From NCBI GenBank assembly GCA_013239625.1, contig MU057073.1:605426-669425 (forward strand): a stretch of DNA of 64,000 nt, written 5' to 3'. Source of the stretch: Lama guanicoe. Taxonomy: Eukaryota. The first letter of the stretch is position 1. Every line of letters begins with the position of its first letter. The notes under the pieces were generated by a model that worked only from the letters and a program-made list of their open reading frames with translations, ran no database searches and was not told the origin of the DNA. Shown here in pieces: positions 1 through 19,051 of this stretch. The position numbers and the translations under genes were made by a program.

Positions 1-3000
1 CAAGGCTGTGTCCATGGGGATGGCTCGGCTGCCGTCCCACCTGCCCGCCGGGAGCCAGTGCTGCCTGTGTTCACTCCAGCCCGCTCCCCTCCTCTGCCCT
101 GCCGGGGGAGCCCTGGTACCTCTCTTGGTTTGGTTGGGTCCCTCCTAGGTTCTTGGCACAGCTGTGAGAGGTGTGTCCCTGGGAAACGTTCTAGAAACCA
201 GAACTTGCATGCCATGTGGACTTGGGCAGGAGTCCCTTCTGGAGCCCATGACCCAGGGGCCAGCGGATGGGGGGATGCTGGTGGACTGAGAGGCCTGGAG
301 GCTGCCCGCTTTACCTCCTGGGTCCCCCCTACCCCTAAAAGTGCAGGCCCCAGATGCCCCTGCAGGCAGAGGTGTCGCTGTGGCTGCCCCTGGATCCTGG
401 ACCCAGCCCAGGTCATTCAAACCCAGCTCCCCCGAGCCCTGCAGTGGGGAGGCCAGGTGCACATCGGTGGAGAGGGCAGGTGAGGCGGTGCCCTAGAGGC
501 CAGCTCAGCTGAGGGAGTCCAGGAACGGGCTGAGGGAGGCACCCACGCAGGGCTCAGGAGGCTGGATAAAGCCCGCTGGGTCCAGCGCAGGGGGAGCGGG
601 TGGGGACGGGAGGAGCCCCTGGGCAGTGGGGCAGTGGTCGTGTCTGGGGTGTCTCTGAATAGGCAGTGATGTGGGTGAGGGTCTCTGGGCCTCCAGGGGC
701 AGGGAGGCTAGAGGTGGTGGGTGCAGGCCAGGGGCCCAGCAGACCAGGGAGAGGCCCTGGGGACCAAGCCAAGTGAGCAGATCCAGGAGGAGCCTGGGGC
801 ACCGCTCCAGTGTGCTTGGCAGTGGCCAGGTGTGTGGTGGGCTAGGGTTGGGTGGCCTCTTTTCTGGCCTGTGTGGTGCCCGAGGAGGGGGCAGGGTTTT
901 CAGAGATGGCTGGGCAGGAGGGACATCCAGGCCGAGGTGGTCTGCAGCTGGCTGCAGCTGAGGGGGGTGGGTGGGGGCAGTAGGTGGTGAGAGGCCCTGA
1001 AGCTGGCGCCAGCGCTGTCCTGGAGCTGCAGGAGGGAGCAGAGCAGCCCGCAGGGCCTTCGGCTGTGCTGCCCCCGACGGCGCCCCTCCCTCCCTCCCAG
1101 CCCGTCCCTGGCCTCCGGAATCCGCTGCACTGGGCTGTGGCCTTGGGGCCCTGCCAGCTTGATGGCAGGGACCCAGGGCCTGTGAAGAATCCTGTTTGTG
1201 TCAAGGAGTAAGGCCAGCCGTGCAGCAGGACCTGGGACTCTGGTCACCACATGCCTCCCTGGGACCTGAGAGCCCGTCACGCTGGCCTCAGTGCCCTGGG
1301 GAGCCAGTCGGTGGGGTGATCCCGCCTCCTCTGCCTGTCCGCAGCATGGGGCCGGCCCAGCCAGGCTCGGGCTGTGCTGGGGGAACCCCTGTCTTCCTCC
1401 ACGTCACCCCCTTGCTCTCCTCTCTTCCAAACTGGTGGTTCATGCCCTTCCGGGGAGGACCCCGGGAGTGCTGCCCTCCGAAAGGCCGTGTCCTGAGAAG
1501 CAAGGAGCAGGCCACATGTGTCACCCAACAGGCCAGGACTCGCCCTGAGTCGGGTGTGCCCCCTGCCCCACGCCGGGCACTGGTTCCTGGGCCCCAGAGC
1601 TTTGGCCGACTGTTCGTGACCTCGCGTTTTGCCAGTGGGACAGGGACATGGGGATACGGGGGTCTGGGCACAGGCCGAGGCCCGGCAGGCTGGGCTTTGA
1701 GATGACCTGTGTCCGCACCAGCCCTGCGCGGATGGACTGCTGTCAGCAGGACGCTTGCTCGCTGTGCTGGAGAAGGGAGGTGGGCGCCCTGCAGCTGTCG
1801 GTAAGCGATGGATGTCTCGGCGGCAGGGGACCGCGCGGTCGTCGCTGTCAGCTGGCGCCCGCTCCCCGGGCCTGCTGGGGCTCGCTTTGCTGTGGAGAAA
1901 CAGCTCGGCGCCGCCTGGCACCCTGCCAGCCACCGCCTGCCACCGCCACCACCAATGCGGCAAAGTGTTTATCCAGCAGTTTCCCCGAGAGCTGGAGACC
2001 CAGTATTCATGGAGCTCAGGGCGTGGCGGCCGGTGGGCTGTGTGCTGGGGGCTTACAGGCCCTCCCCGCACCGAGACGCCCAGCAGGGGGTACTCACATG
2101 TGTCAGGCCTGGGACACAGAGAGCCTGCCCAGGGTAACTGCTTCCTTGCCTGGAGCCCTTGCTGCAGGTGGGTGGGCCTTGGGGTCAAGGGTTCAGGGTG
2201 ACATGGGTCCCCTTCGCTGGTGGCTGGTCAGGACTCGGGTAAGTGTGGTGCCGTAGGAACTGGGGGCAGTGTGGGTCCCTCCTCAACCCTGGCCCAGGGC
2301 TGGGCTTCTGAGAGAATCCCAAGGGGGCTGAGCAGCTGCCTCCTGCCTGCCCGCCCAGGACAGACCCTCCAGGTGGGGGTGGGCACCCAGGTTCCTCCCG
2401 GTGCCTGCCCCCAGCTCCAGGCTCCGGCAGCAGGCACAGGGGCCTGCTGAACCAGCCATGATGTGGGGCTCCAGGCCCTGGTCTGAAGTGTCCACCCCAG
2501 TGGGACAGGGTGGGTGGGGGCCCTTCTGAAGTCCTGGGTTGAGCTTGGGTGGAGTGGCAGGGGCTGGGTACCTGCTGACCTTTGACGTGGCCTCTGTCGG
2601 GAGATCACCCCAGTTGTGGGTGGGCATCTGGCCTGGGGGAATGGTGGGGAGCCCTATTTAGGGAGCAGCTTCCTGAGAGGCAGCCTTGGGCTTCTCTGTC
2701 TGTTCCCAGACGGAGGTTTGGCGGCTCCCACTCCAAGCATGGACCGTGCATCTGTCTTGCCTTCATCCCCTTGCTGGCCCATGGGTGTGTATGGCCCAGA
2801 GGACAGAGCACAGCTGCGGCGGGGCACAGGGTGGCCGCCTGTTCCCCTCCCCCCATCCTGTGTCACCCCCAGTTCCTGGGGTGAGGAGGGCCCGAGGCCC
2901 CATCTGTCTGGGCTGACTGCCCACCCGGCGTCCTGTCTGGCCTGAACTCATTCAGATGCAGGCCACGGCCCAGGTCACAGCTGGAAGCCCCCAAGTGACC

Positions 3001-5125
3001 AGCTGGCTGGACCTCTGCAGGCGGGAGCATCCAAGGGGCTGAAGAAAGGGGGCTGTGTGTCTCAGGGTCTTGGCCCTGGCCTCCCCAGTACCCCCCAGGG
3101 TTCCCGCTCCTCCTCTGGGGGCCCGTGTGCCAATCTGCTGAGGAGGAGGCCCAAGGGAGGCCGAGGCCCCAGGGAGGCTGCCTTCCCCGCCAGCCATCGC
3201 TCCCCACAGTGTGCTGTCGGCTCCTTGCCCTTCATGTGGGGTGGCCCTGGCCCCTCTTTCATGCCCTGGGTCTGGGGGCTGGCGGAGGGCCCAGCAGGCT
3301 TGTGGCCCCTCCCCACGGTCTCAACAGTGTTGGGTGTTTGCCCCCTCCCCTGGTTCTGGGCTCCAGAACCTTCCCAGGCAGGCTCCTGGGGTGTCGGTGC
3401 GGAGTCATGTGGCAGGGGGCGGGGCCCCGTTCCAGGGGGTCCCGGACCCGATGGACTGCCAGCCTTACCCACAGTGGGGTCTGAGCCCAGCCTGGTGTGC
3501 GGGTCCTGCGGAGCTTGCCGACTGCCTGTGTGGGTGCGGTGCTGGGGCCGTGCTGGGCGCGGTGGGGGCAGCAGCAGCTGGTGAATCAAGATGGATTTTC
3601 GGGGCGGCGTGAGGTGCTCATCACTCTCCCCGCGCAGTTAGCGTCCCGGGGAGCAGCAGCTGGCAGGATGGGAGGCACTCCATCAGGAACCGACAGCTCC
3701 AGACTGGCGCGCAGGCGGGTGGGAGCGAGCAGCGGGAGCACGGAGCCCGCTCCGCTTGTGCCCCCACCCCCGCCGCGGCTGTGCTGGCCAGGAAGGGGTG
3801 CCCGAGAGGCTGCATGGGACCCGTGAGTGTTGGAGGGGTCCAGGGCTGGGGGCCAGAGCCAGTGTCTGAAGGTGGCTGCACACAGCCTTCCCAGCTGGTG
3901 TCCCCAGGGCTTTGGAGGGCTCTGCAGGACTGGGGGGGAGGCCTGCCAAATGCTGTTGGGGTTGGGGGCCAGTGACTGGCTGAGTCTTGTGTCCTCCTTG
4001 TGTTGGTGGTGACCCCTGCTGGGGAGGGGTGCTGGGAGTGGCTGGAGCCCTGGTCATCCATCCCCCCAGAGGCCCTGGGTCCTGCATGGGGGGGTGGGGC
4101 AGACAGAGGGGGCACATCTGGGATGGGGCCTTTGCCAGGTGCCTGTGTCTGGGGCCCAGCTTGTCAGGAAAGCCTGGCCTGGAGCTCAGGGACCCCTTCC
4201 CGCTCCCCGCCCGCTGCCCGGTGGTCCTCTGCTGAAGCGGGTACCTAATTAGTAAATTCTTCGTTGTTGTTGTTCAAACTCCTTGCTCGGCAAAATGTAA
4301 ATGAAACATTTTTTCTGGGTGTCAGTATGAAAAATGGCAGCCGCTGCCGTATCGCAGAGGACATCTGCCGTGGTGCCGAAGTGCAAGCGCCTGTATACGG
4401 CTGAGGCTGCAGAACTTGGGGGACACTTCCCTGGGCACTGAGGTGGCCGTGGTGGGATGCAGGGCCAGGACCGCACAGCTGCCCTCCAGAGCTGGCTTCC
4501 CTGTGGGGCCCACGGCAGTGCTCTGGGCCCCTGGGCAGTGAGTGTTGTCCCACAGGTGGCAGGGGGCTCTGTCCGGCATGCCCACCCTGGAGACGTGCTC
4601 CAAGTGGGCTTGTGTCACAGGCAAGTCTGTGCATCCCAGTCTGGGTGTGGTGCCAGGCCTCGCACCGCTGGATCCAGGCTCCATCCTCTGGGCCAGGGGC
4701 CAGCTGCGGCGGGCAGCCCACTCGCCATTGTCACAGTGACTGCTGTAGCCCCCACTTGGCAGGATGCAGGGCGGGCGGGGAGTGCTCTCTGCCCTGAAGC
4801 CCCCCGGCTGTAGCTGGTGCCTGCACTGTTGCTGGGGACCCTCAGGCTTGGGCCGGCCTCCCGCCAATCGTACCCCTGCCCCCACGTCCAGGTGCCCGCC
4901 CACCCCCTTGCCAGCACAGGTTGTGGGGTGGGCTCGCCATCAGAGGCGCGCGCTTTCACGTAGTGAGCCCTGCTTTCTGACCTGCCCCCTGCGAATCAGG
5001 GTCAGCGCCCCAGAGTCAGGGCGTCCTGGGTGCAGCCCTGCCGGCATGACAGCTGCGGTTTGCCCTGGGCATGGGGGTGGGCGTGGGGCCCAGCAGCCGC
5101 GCCCCTGACGCCCGCTTGCCCTCAG

Positions 5126-13024
<7,899 letters not shown>

Positions 13025-13888
13025 GGGGACCAGCCAGGTGCGCTCAGGACACTGCCATGGGCAGCCATGTGCTCCGGAAGACGGCTTCCGAGGATCGGGA
13101 GGAAGCCTCGCGGGGGTGATCTGTATTTAATGCCCTTTATTTCTGGATGAGTCTGGGCGGAACCATGCCGCTCCGGTTGCGTGCTGTGGGCAGGGCTGCC
13201 TGCCTTGGGTGGCGTCCCCCTGGCCAGCCAGGGCCGGGGGAGAATGGTCCGCAGTTTTTCTTAATTTATTTCATCCGGTTCTCCAGACGTGGCCTCGACC
13301 TTCAGAGAAATTAGATTCACGTGGGGAACTGTTGAGGACTTCTGCAGCCACGGGCAGTCGGGGTCAGGGTGGGCCCCCTGCCCACAGCCCCTCCGTCCCT
13401 CTCGCCAGCTGTCCCCGGCTGCACCTGTCTGGGCCCGACCTGGGGGCCCCAGAAGCAACCTGGGCGTGCTGTGCTGGCCTGGCCCCTTCTCCCTCAGGGT
13501 GGGCCGCGTGGCAGCCCCGGTGCTGAGCCTGGAGGAAGGCGGCCAAGACGGGGTCAGGCCGGGGCTTGTCCATGAGAGAGGAACCAGGTGAAATCTGTTG
13601 CTGTGTCTCATGCTGTTCACGTGCATATTGGGGGTTGTTAATCTTAGAAGAAAGCCCTCTGTCCACCCCGTCCTGTTGGGACCGCCCTCCCCGATGGCTT
13701 CCCCGGTAGCACTTGTCCTGTAGAAGCTTCACTCTCCCGCTGTCACCCCAGCCCCGCCCCAGCGCCCTTTGGAGGGGCCATCGCTGCATCCCCCGTGCCT
13801 CCCGGCCAGACGCTGCACTGCACCATGGCGTTTTTTTATATTCAACTTTAGTATTTTTACTATTATGAGCCTTCCCCCTAAATTCTTC

Positions 13889-13894
13889 AATAAA
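13889..13894 (+). terminator. AKT1: AKT1 polyadenylation signal AATAAA
   Basis: AATAAA ~870 nt after the stop, preceded by a U-rich tract and followed by a U/GU-rich downstream element. Confidence 0.85.
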
Positions 13895-14864
13895 AAAATT
13901 GCTTTTCAACTTTGTGGCTTGATTTGCTAGGTGAAGGGTGAAGGAGCGTGTGGCTGGCCTGCTCGTGGGGGAGCGCCCTGTCCTTCCTGCCTGGCCTGTG
14001 CTGGGGTCGGCCCGCCCCGTGGCCTCAGGGATGGCCTTTGAGGGAAGATGTCCCGCGACCCAGCTCCGGCCAGGCTCGCTGGAGGGGAGATACCCTGGCC
14101 ATCCCTGTCCCCACCTGGCTTCACCCCACCCTCATGCCCCTGAGGAGGCCACCCAGACTGCACGGCCATCTACCCACCAGCTCTGTCCACCCGGCAGACT
14201 CTGACCACAGGAAGGAGCGGGACCCTGCAGGACCCAGAGCTGGTCAAGGTGGAGACTCACCACAGCCAGGCCCTGGGCCCCAAGGAGGCCCCAAAGAGCC
14301 ACCTGCTGGGGGTGGCACAGCAAGCCTGGGACAGTGACCACATGGACAGTGGGACCCGCCCTGAGCCCGAGCAGCCCAGCGGGACATGCGACGGGCGCCA
14401 CCTTGTGGGCGTGGAGAGGAGGCAGCTGCCCAACTCCAGCCCAGGTGCCCGCGGAGGGGTGGGCGGAGCCCCAGCTGCCGCATCTGTCCTGGGGAGCGGC
14501 CAAGGCTGTGACTACGACTACCGGACGTTCACAGGACCTGGCAGCCAGGCCTAGGGGAGGGGGCAGGAGCTGCCTGCCTCTCCAGGCTCCTGGACTGATG
14601 GCCCTGACAAAAAGGCACTCCTTGTGGTGGGTGGCCACCCCTCTTCTGCTGGAGGGGGTGCCGGCAAGGAGCATGGGGTGGTGGGGGTCAGTCCGGCTGG
14701 GGGCAGTGTCCAGAGCAGCCCAGTTCTCCTCTGGGCAGTCCTTTACGAAACTGGTGGTTTCACTCAGTACGCAGTTTTTTTGGAAACCACAAACACACCA
14801 AATGTTACCTATTACGTGATGCTTTGGATCCAGGTTTCAGATACATAAACATACACGTCAAGTT

Positions 14865-15478
14865 GGAGCCCTGGGCACTGCTGGAGGGAATGGAGAACAG
14901 CAGGGAGGGTCCTTGAGAAACGAGTTTGCAGTGACCCCACAATTCCACTCTGGATACGCACCGTGAAGAGTCGCGAGCAGGCAGGTCTGGAGGAGGTAAC
15001 CCTGCACCTCTAGCAGCACCCTTCACCGTAGCCTCAAAACGTGGATGCAGCCCACCTGCCCGTGGACCACGAAGGGGCTACCAAGACGTGGTCCAGCCAC
15101 ACACGACGTGATGTCATCCGGCCTTGGGGAAAGACGGAAATTCCGACACCCGCCCAACACGGATGGATGGGCCCTGCGGACATCACGCTGAGTGAAGAGG
15201 AAGCCACAAAGGGGCAGAAACTGCGACTCCACCTGCTCGAAGTCCCAGAGCCGTCAGATTCTTAGACAGAAAGTAGGGTGGTGGGAGCCGGGGCTGGGGG
15301 AGGGGAGTGGTGTTTAGCAGGGACAGAGCTTCTGTCTGGGAAGATGAGAAAGTTCTGGAGACAGATGGTGGTGATGGATGCACAACCATGTGAATGTACT
15401 TAACGCTACAGAAATGTGCACTTGAAAACGGTTCAGGGGCTTTTATGTCATGTGTGTTTTAACACAGTAAAAAAAAAA
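14865..15478 (+). mobile_element. Old LINE-1 3' end fragment (L1M/L1MB-like)
   Basis: Diagnostic L1 3' text (gacagaaagtag...aaagttctggagacagatggtggtgatgg...atgtgaatgtacttaac) ending in an A-tail; boundaries approximate. Confidence 0.8.
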
Positions 15479-16584
15479 GGTATATTGTAGAAACCAGAAA
15501 ACACAGCAGTGTATCTTCAAACTTGGAGCAAGTGGTACCCTGAAGTGGCAGGCGTGGTGTGGAAAACAGGGAGCTGAAGCTGGGGCGTCGGGGGGTTCAG
15601 CTGGCCAGGTGGGGGGCATGAGCTGCTCCTTCCCGTGGGACCCCTTAGCTGATGGGGGGATGACTGGGGTGTGGGAGTGACTGGGTGATGGCCTTAGGGA
15701 CCGTTCCTGTGGCCCAGGACAGGCTTCAAGGTCATGACCTGGACACAAGCACAATCTTGTGTGTCCCAGCCAGGTGGGTGTGGCCACGAGGAAAAGAGGG
15801 AAGGGGGACTCCCTGAGAACACCCTGACCTTCCAGGCAGAACAGTGGGGGTGCAAGGAGACCGGCACCTGGGGGAGAAAAGACCAGAGCAGACAGGGAGG
15901 GGCCTGGGCAGTGAGGACCAGCTGGGCTGCACGGAGGCTGTGGTGCCTTTCCGTGTCCCACCCTGCTCTTCTGGGCCCTGGGCCGGCCTCCAGAGGGACA
16001 GGAAGTCAGGAACAGAGGAGCCTTCAGCACATGGAGTGCCCGCATTTCGGCAGGTGTGCATAAATAAGGCGCTGAGCGCACCGCATGCTGCAGACGAGGC
16101 CCTGGGGGCTGTGGGCCGGTCAGCAGCTCTGGGTAAGGGGCCAGCAAGGTGGGGTGCGGCTGGGTGCTTTGTGCTGGGGTCAGGACGCCACCACCCAGGG
16201 GCTGCCTACTCACAGGCGGGTTCATCTCTCGGTAGCTACGTAGTCCACCTTTCACTTCTGATGCGTCTTTAGTCTGAAGGTGAACTCCTGCAGACAGCAG
16301 ACACGGGGGCGTGCTCTGCGCTGCCGCCCAGGCTCTCCGACGGCCTCCGTCCCGGTGCCGCCAGTGGGGCCGCAGGTAGACGGGGCGGAGATGCAACAGC
16401 CCCCTGCTGTTCTGCGTGTCCCGCCGGCTTTGTGCCTTCTTTCTTCTCTGTCAGCCTCATTTTGGACTGAATGAGTATTTTTTAACGTCCCATTTTCTCC
16501 CTTTTATTGACTTAGTTCGATTTCATCGGTTTTTCCACTGATGTTCCTTTTCTATTCCAGGATCCAATCCAGGGTTCCGTGTGG

Positions 16585-16713
16585 GATTTATTTATTTAAA
16601 AATTCTAAGAAGTTTTTTGTTTTATTTATTTTCTTAAACTGACGTACCGGGGATTGAGCCCAGGACCTCATGCATGCTAAGCACGTGCCCTACCAGGGAG
16701 CTGCACCCTGCCC
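16585..16713 (-). mobile_element. tRNA-derived SINE (camelid Vic-1-like), reverse orientation
   Basis: Reverse complement reads gggtgcagctccctggtagggcacgtgcttagcatgcatgaggtcctgggctcaatccccggtac followed by an A-rich tail; A and B boxes visible. Confidence 0.8.
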
Positions 16714-16979
16714 TCCGTGCAGAACTTAGAATAAATCTCTGCTGAACGGATGACTGTGCTCTGGCCTGGCTGCTTTAGGGCTTCAGTGCCGGTCTTTTAG
16801 TCAGTCTACTGGCAGCTGAAACGACAGCGCTTCCCACATGAACCCCTAGGGCAGCGAGCGACACCTCCATCTCTGGTCTCAATGCCACTATCGTAACTTT
16901 TGTTTCCACATGTTCAAAACTCTCAAAGAACATTATTATTTTTGCTTTGAACAGTCAACTGTCTTTTTAACATTTAAAA

Positions 16980-17700
16980 TATTTTAACTGGCAAAATCTG
17001 TCAAACTTACCCCTTCAACCACTTTTAAGTGACCAGTTCAGTAGCACTAAGTACATTTGTGTGGTTGTGCCACCGTCACCACCATCGGTCCCCAGACCTT
17101 TGCATCTTCACAAAGTGGACCTATTCCCATTAAACACAAACTCCTCCTGCCTCCCCCAGACCTGGCACCCCCTCCCCGGCCTCTATGAAAGTGGCTGCTC
17201 CAGGGACCTCACATGAACGGGACGACACAGAACTTGTCCTCCTGCGACTGTCTTATCTCACTCAGCATGACGCACACAAGGCCCAGCCATGCTGGAGAAG
17301 GTGGCAGGATTTCCTTCCTTTTTTAAGGCCAGGTAATACTCCATTGTGTGGATGGACGACGTTTTGCTTATCCACCCATCCCTCGGTGGACACTTGGTCT
17401 GTTTGAGCATTTTTACTACTGTGAATAATATTGCTGCGAATACAGTGCACAGGTGTCTGAATCCCTGCTGGGTATTCTCCCAGGAGTGGGGCTGCTGGGT
17501 CACAGGGTAGCTCTGCTTACCTTTCTGAGGAACTGCCATGCCGTTTTCCACAGCGGCTGCACCATTTCCCGTCCCCACCAGCAGCGCACACGGTTCCAGT
17601 GGCTCCACACCCTTGCCACCACTTGTTTTCTGCTGTTTTTAGCAAGTAGCCACCCCAATGGGTGTGAGGCGGCCCCTCCCTGTGACGCTGACCTGCGTCC
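16980..17700 (-). mobile_element. Old LINE-1 3' fragment, reverse orientation
   Basis: Text typical of antisense L1M (ttccttcctttttaaggc...aatactccattgtgtgg...tttctgaggaactgccatgccgttttccacagcggctgcaccattt); boundaries approximate. Confidence 0.8.
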
Positions 17701-17903
17701 CCTGGTGACGCTGAGCATCGACCTTGTCACGCGCTTACTGGGGCTGCAGTCTGCAGGGAACACTGGAAGGAGGCCCAGGCCCCTGCGGGAAGCCAGGTGA
17801 CAGGAGGAGACCCCACGATGAGGACAGCTAACGGAGCGCTGTTGCCCGTGCCCAGAGCACAGATGGCCCGACAGCCAGGCCCTCATGCCAGCTGGGCTGG
17901 GGT

Positions 17904-18170
17904 GGCCTCTGGAAGTTCTCAGTTCAGGAAGACCCCAGGTACTCCCTTGCAACCCTCCCAAGACCCAGCTCCCCTGTGGCCTCCTCAGCCCCGCCCCCAC
18001 CTCACTGGCTTCACTCTCAGCCCGCTGCAGCAAATCAGGCCTCTGGAAGTTCTCAGTTCAGGAAGACCCCAGGTACTCCCTTGCAACCCTCCCAAGACCC
18101 AGCTCCCCTGTGGCCTCCTCAGCCCCGCCCCCGCCTCAGTGGCTTCACACTCAGCCCGCAGCAGCAAATC
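17904..18170. repeat. 134-bp direct tandem duplication (2 copies)
   Basis: Units start at 17904 and 18038 (GGCCTCTGGAAGTTCTCAGTTCAGGAAGACCCCAGG...); 4 mismatches. Confidence 0.95.
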
Positions 18171-18864
18171 CCACCCCCGCCCGGCTCCACCCACCACCCA
18201 GCTTCCTCTGGGACCCCAGGTCACCAGCCCTCCCACACAGGCCAGCGACCCCACTGCCCCCGGGATGCCATGCTGGCCCCGCCTGCTCCCCGCCTGCTCC
18301 CCGCCCCAAAGAACCTCTCCACTCATCCACGGTTCCTCAGGGAGGCTGGGGCCCTGCAGAGACCCTGGTGTGTGGGAACTGGGGCCCCAGCACCGGGTGA
18401 GGAGGCCTCGTGGCCTGCAACTCTGCCTTCACCCTCGGCTGTCCTCCAGGCCACCCCACCACCTCTCCCACCCACTCCCCTCCCTTCAGGCCACACAGAC
18501 CGCCCCAAAGGGAGCCAGACCATCACCCCAGCCGGCCAGCGTTCCTGGGGGCAGGTAACCCAGCACCTCAGCCACCCAGACAATGGTGTACGGTGGCATT
18601 TCAGGGACAGCCTGGGACGCGGCCCCACCCCAAGGTGCACTGGAGCCAGACGACCTGGGCCCGCACACGCTGCGCTTGTTTCCCCACCTGTGAACAGGGT
18701 GATGGGGCAGCTCCTTACCCAGAGCTCAGGGCGCTGCCTGAGCTGCCAGGTGACAGCGGGTGCGCAGGCCTGCCCCCTGCCACCTTGGGCTCCCTCCAGC
18801 GCCGGGCAGGCCACACGCCCTAGAGGCTGTTGACAAGTGAGTCCTCTCGTCCAAATATAAAGGG

Positions 18865-18870
18865 TTTATT
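18865..18870 (-). terminator. SIVA1: SIVA1 polyadenylation signal AATAAA
   Basis: TTTATT on + strand, ~125 nt beyond the SIVA1 stop. Confidence 0.85.
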
Positions 18871-18993
18871 CACTTCTGTCATCAGGAGCACAAAATACAA
18901 AATACAAAATAGAACCTCCCCCCGCCCACCCCACAGTTCCTCGGCATGGACACCACCAGGTCGTCCGGGCAGGGCTGGTGTCCACTCCCGCCC

Positions 18994-19051
18994 TCAGGTC
19001 TCGAACATGGCACAGCTGGCACAGAGCACTTCCTCATGAACGTCACTGCTG
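18994..19051 (-). CDS. SIVA1: SIVA1 exon 4 ([19 protein letters not shown])
   Basis: CAGCAGCAG acceptor; TGA at 18996-18994. Confidence 0.93.

Noticed and set aside
1-5125. Many 100-300 aa ORFs upstream of the first AKT1 exon seen
   Set aside because: AKT1 intron; expected by chance at this GC content. The MSDVAIVKEGWLHKR-type first exon was not found here.
17904-18170. CRISPR-like or structured RNA array
   Set aside because: Two contiguous copies without spacers in a mammalian genome; a simple tandem duplication.
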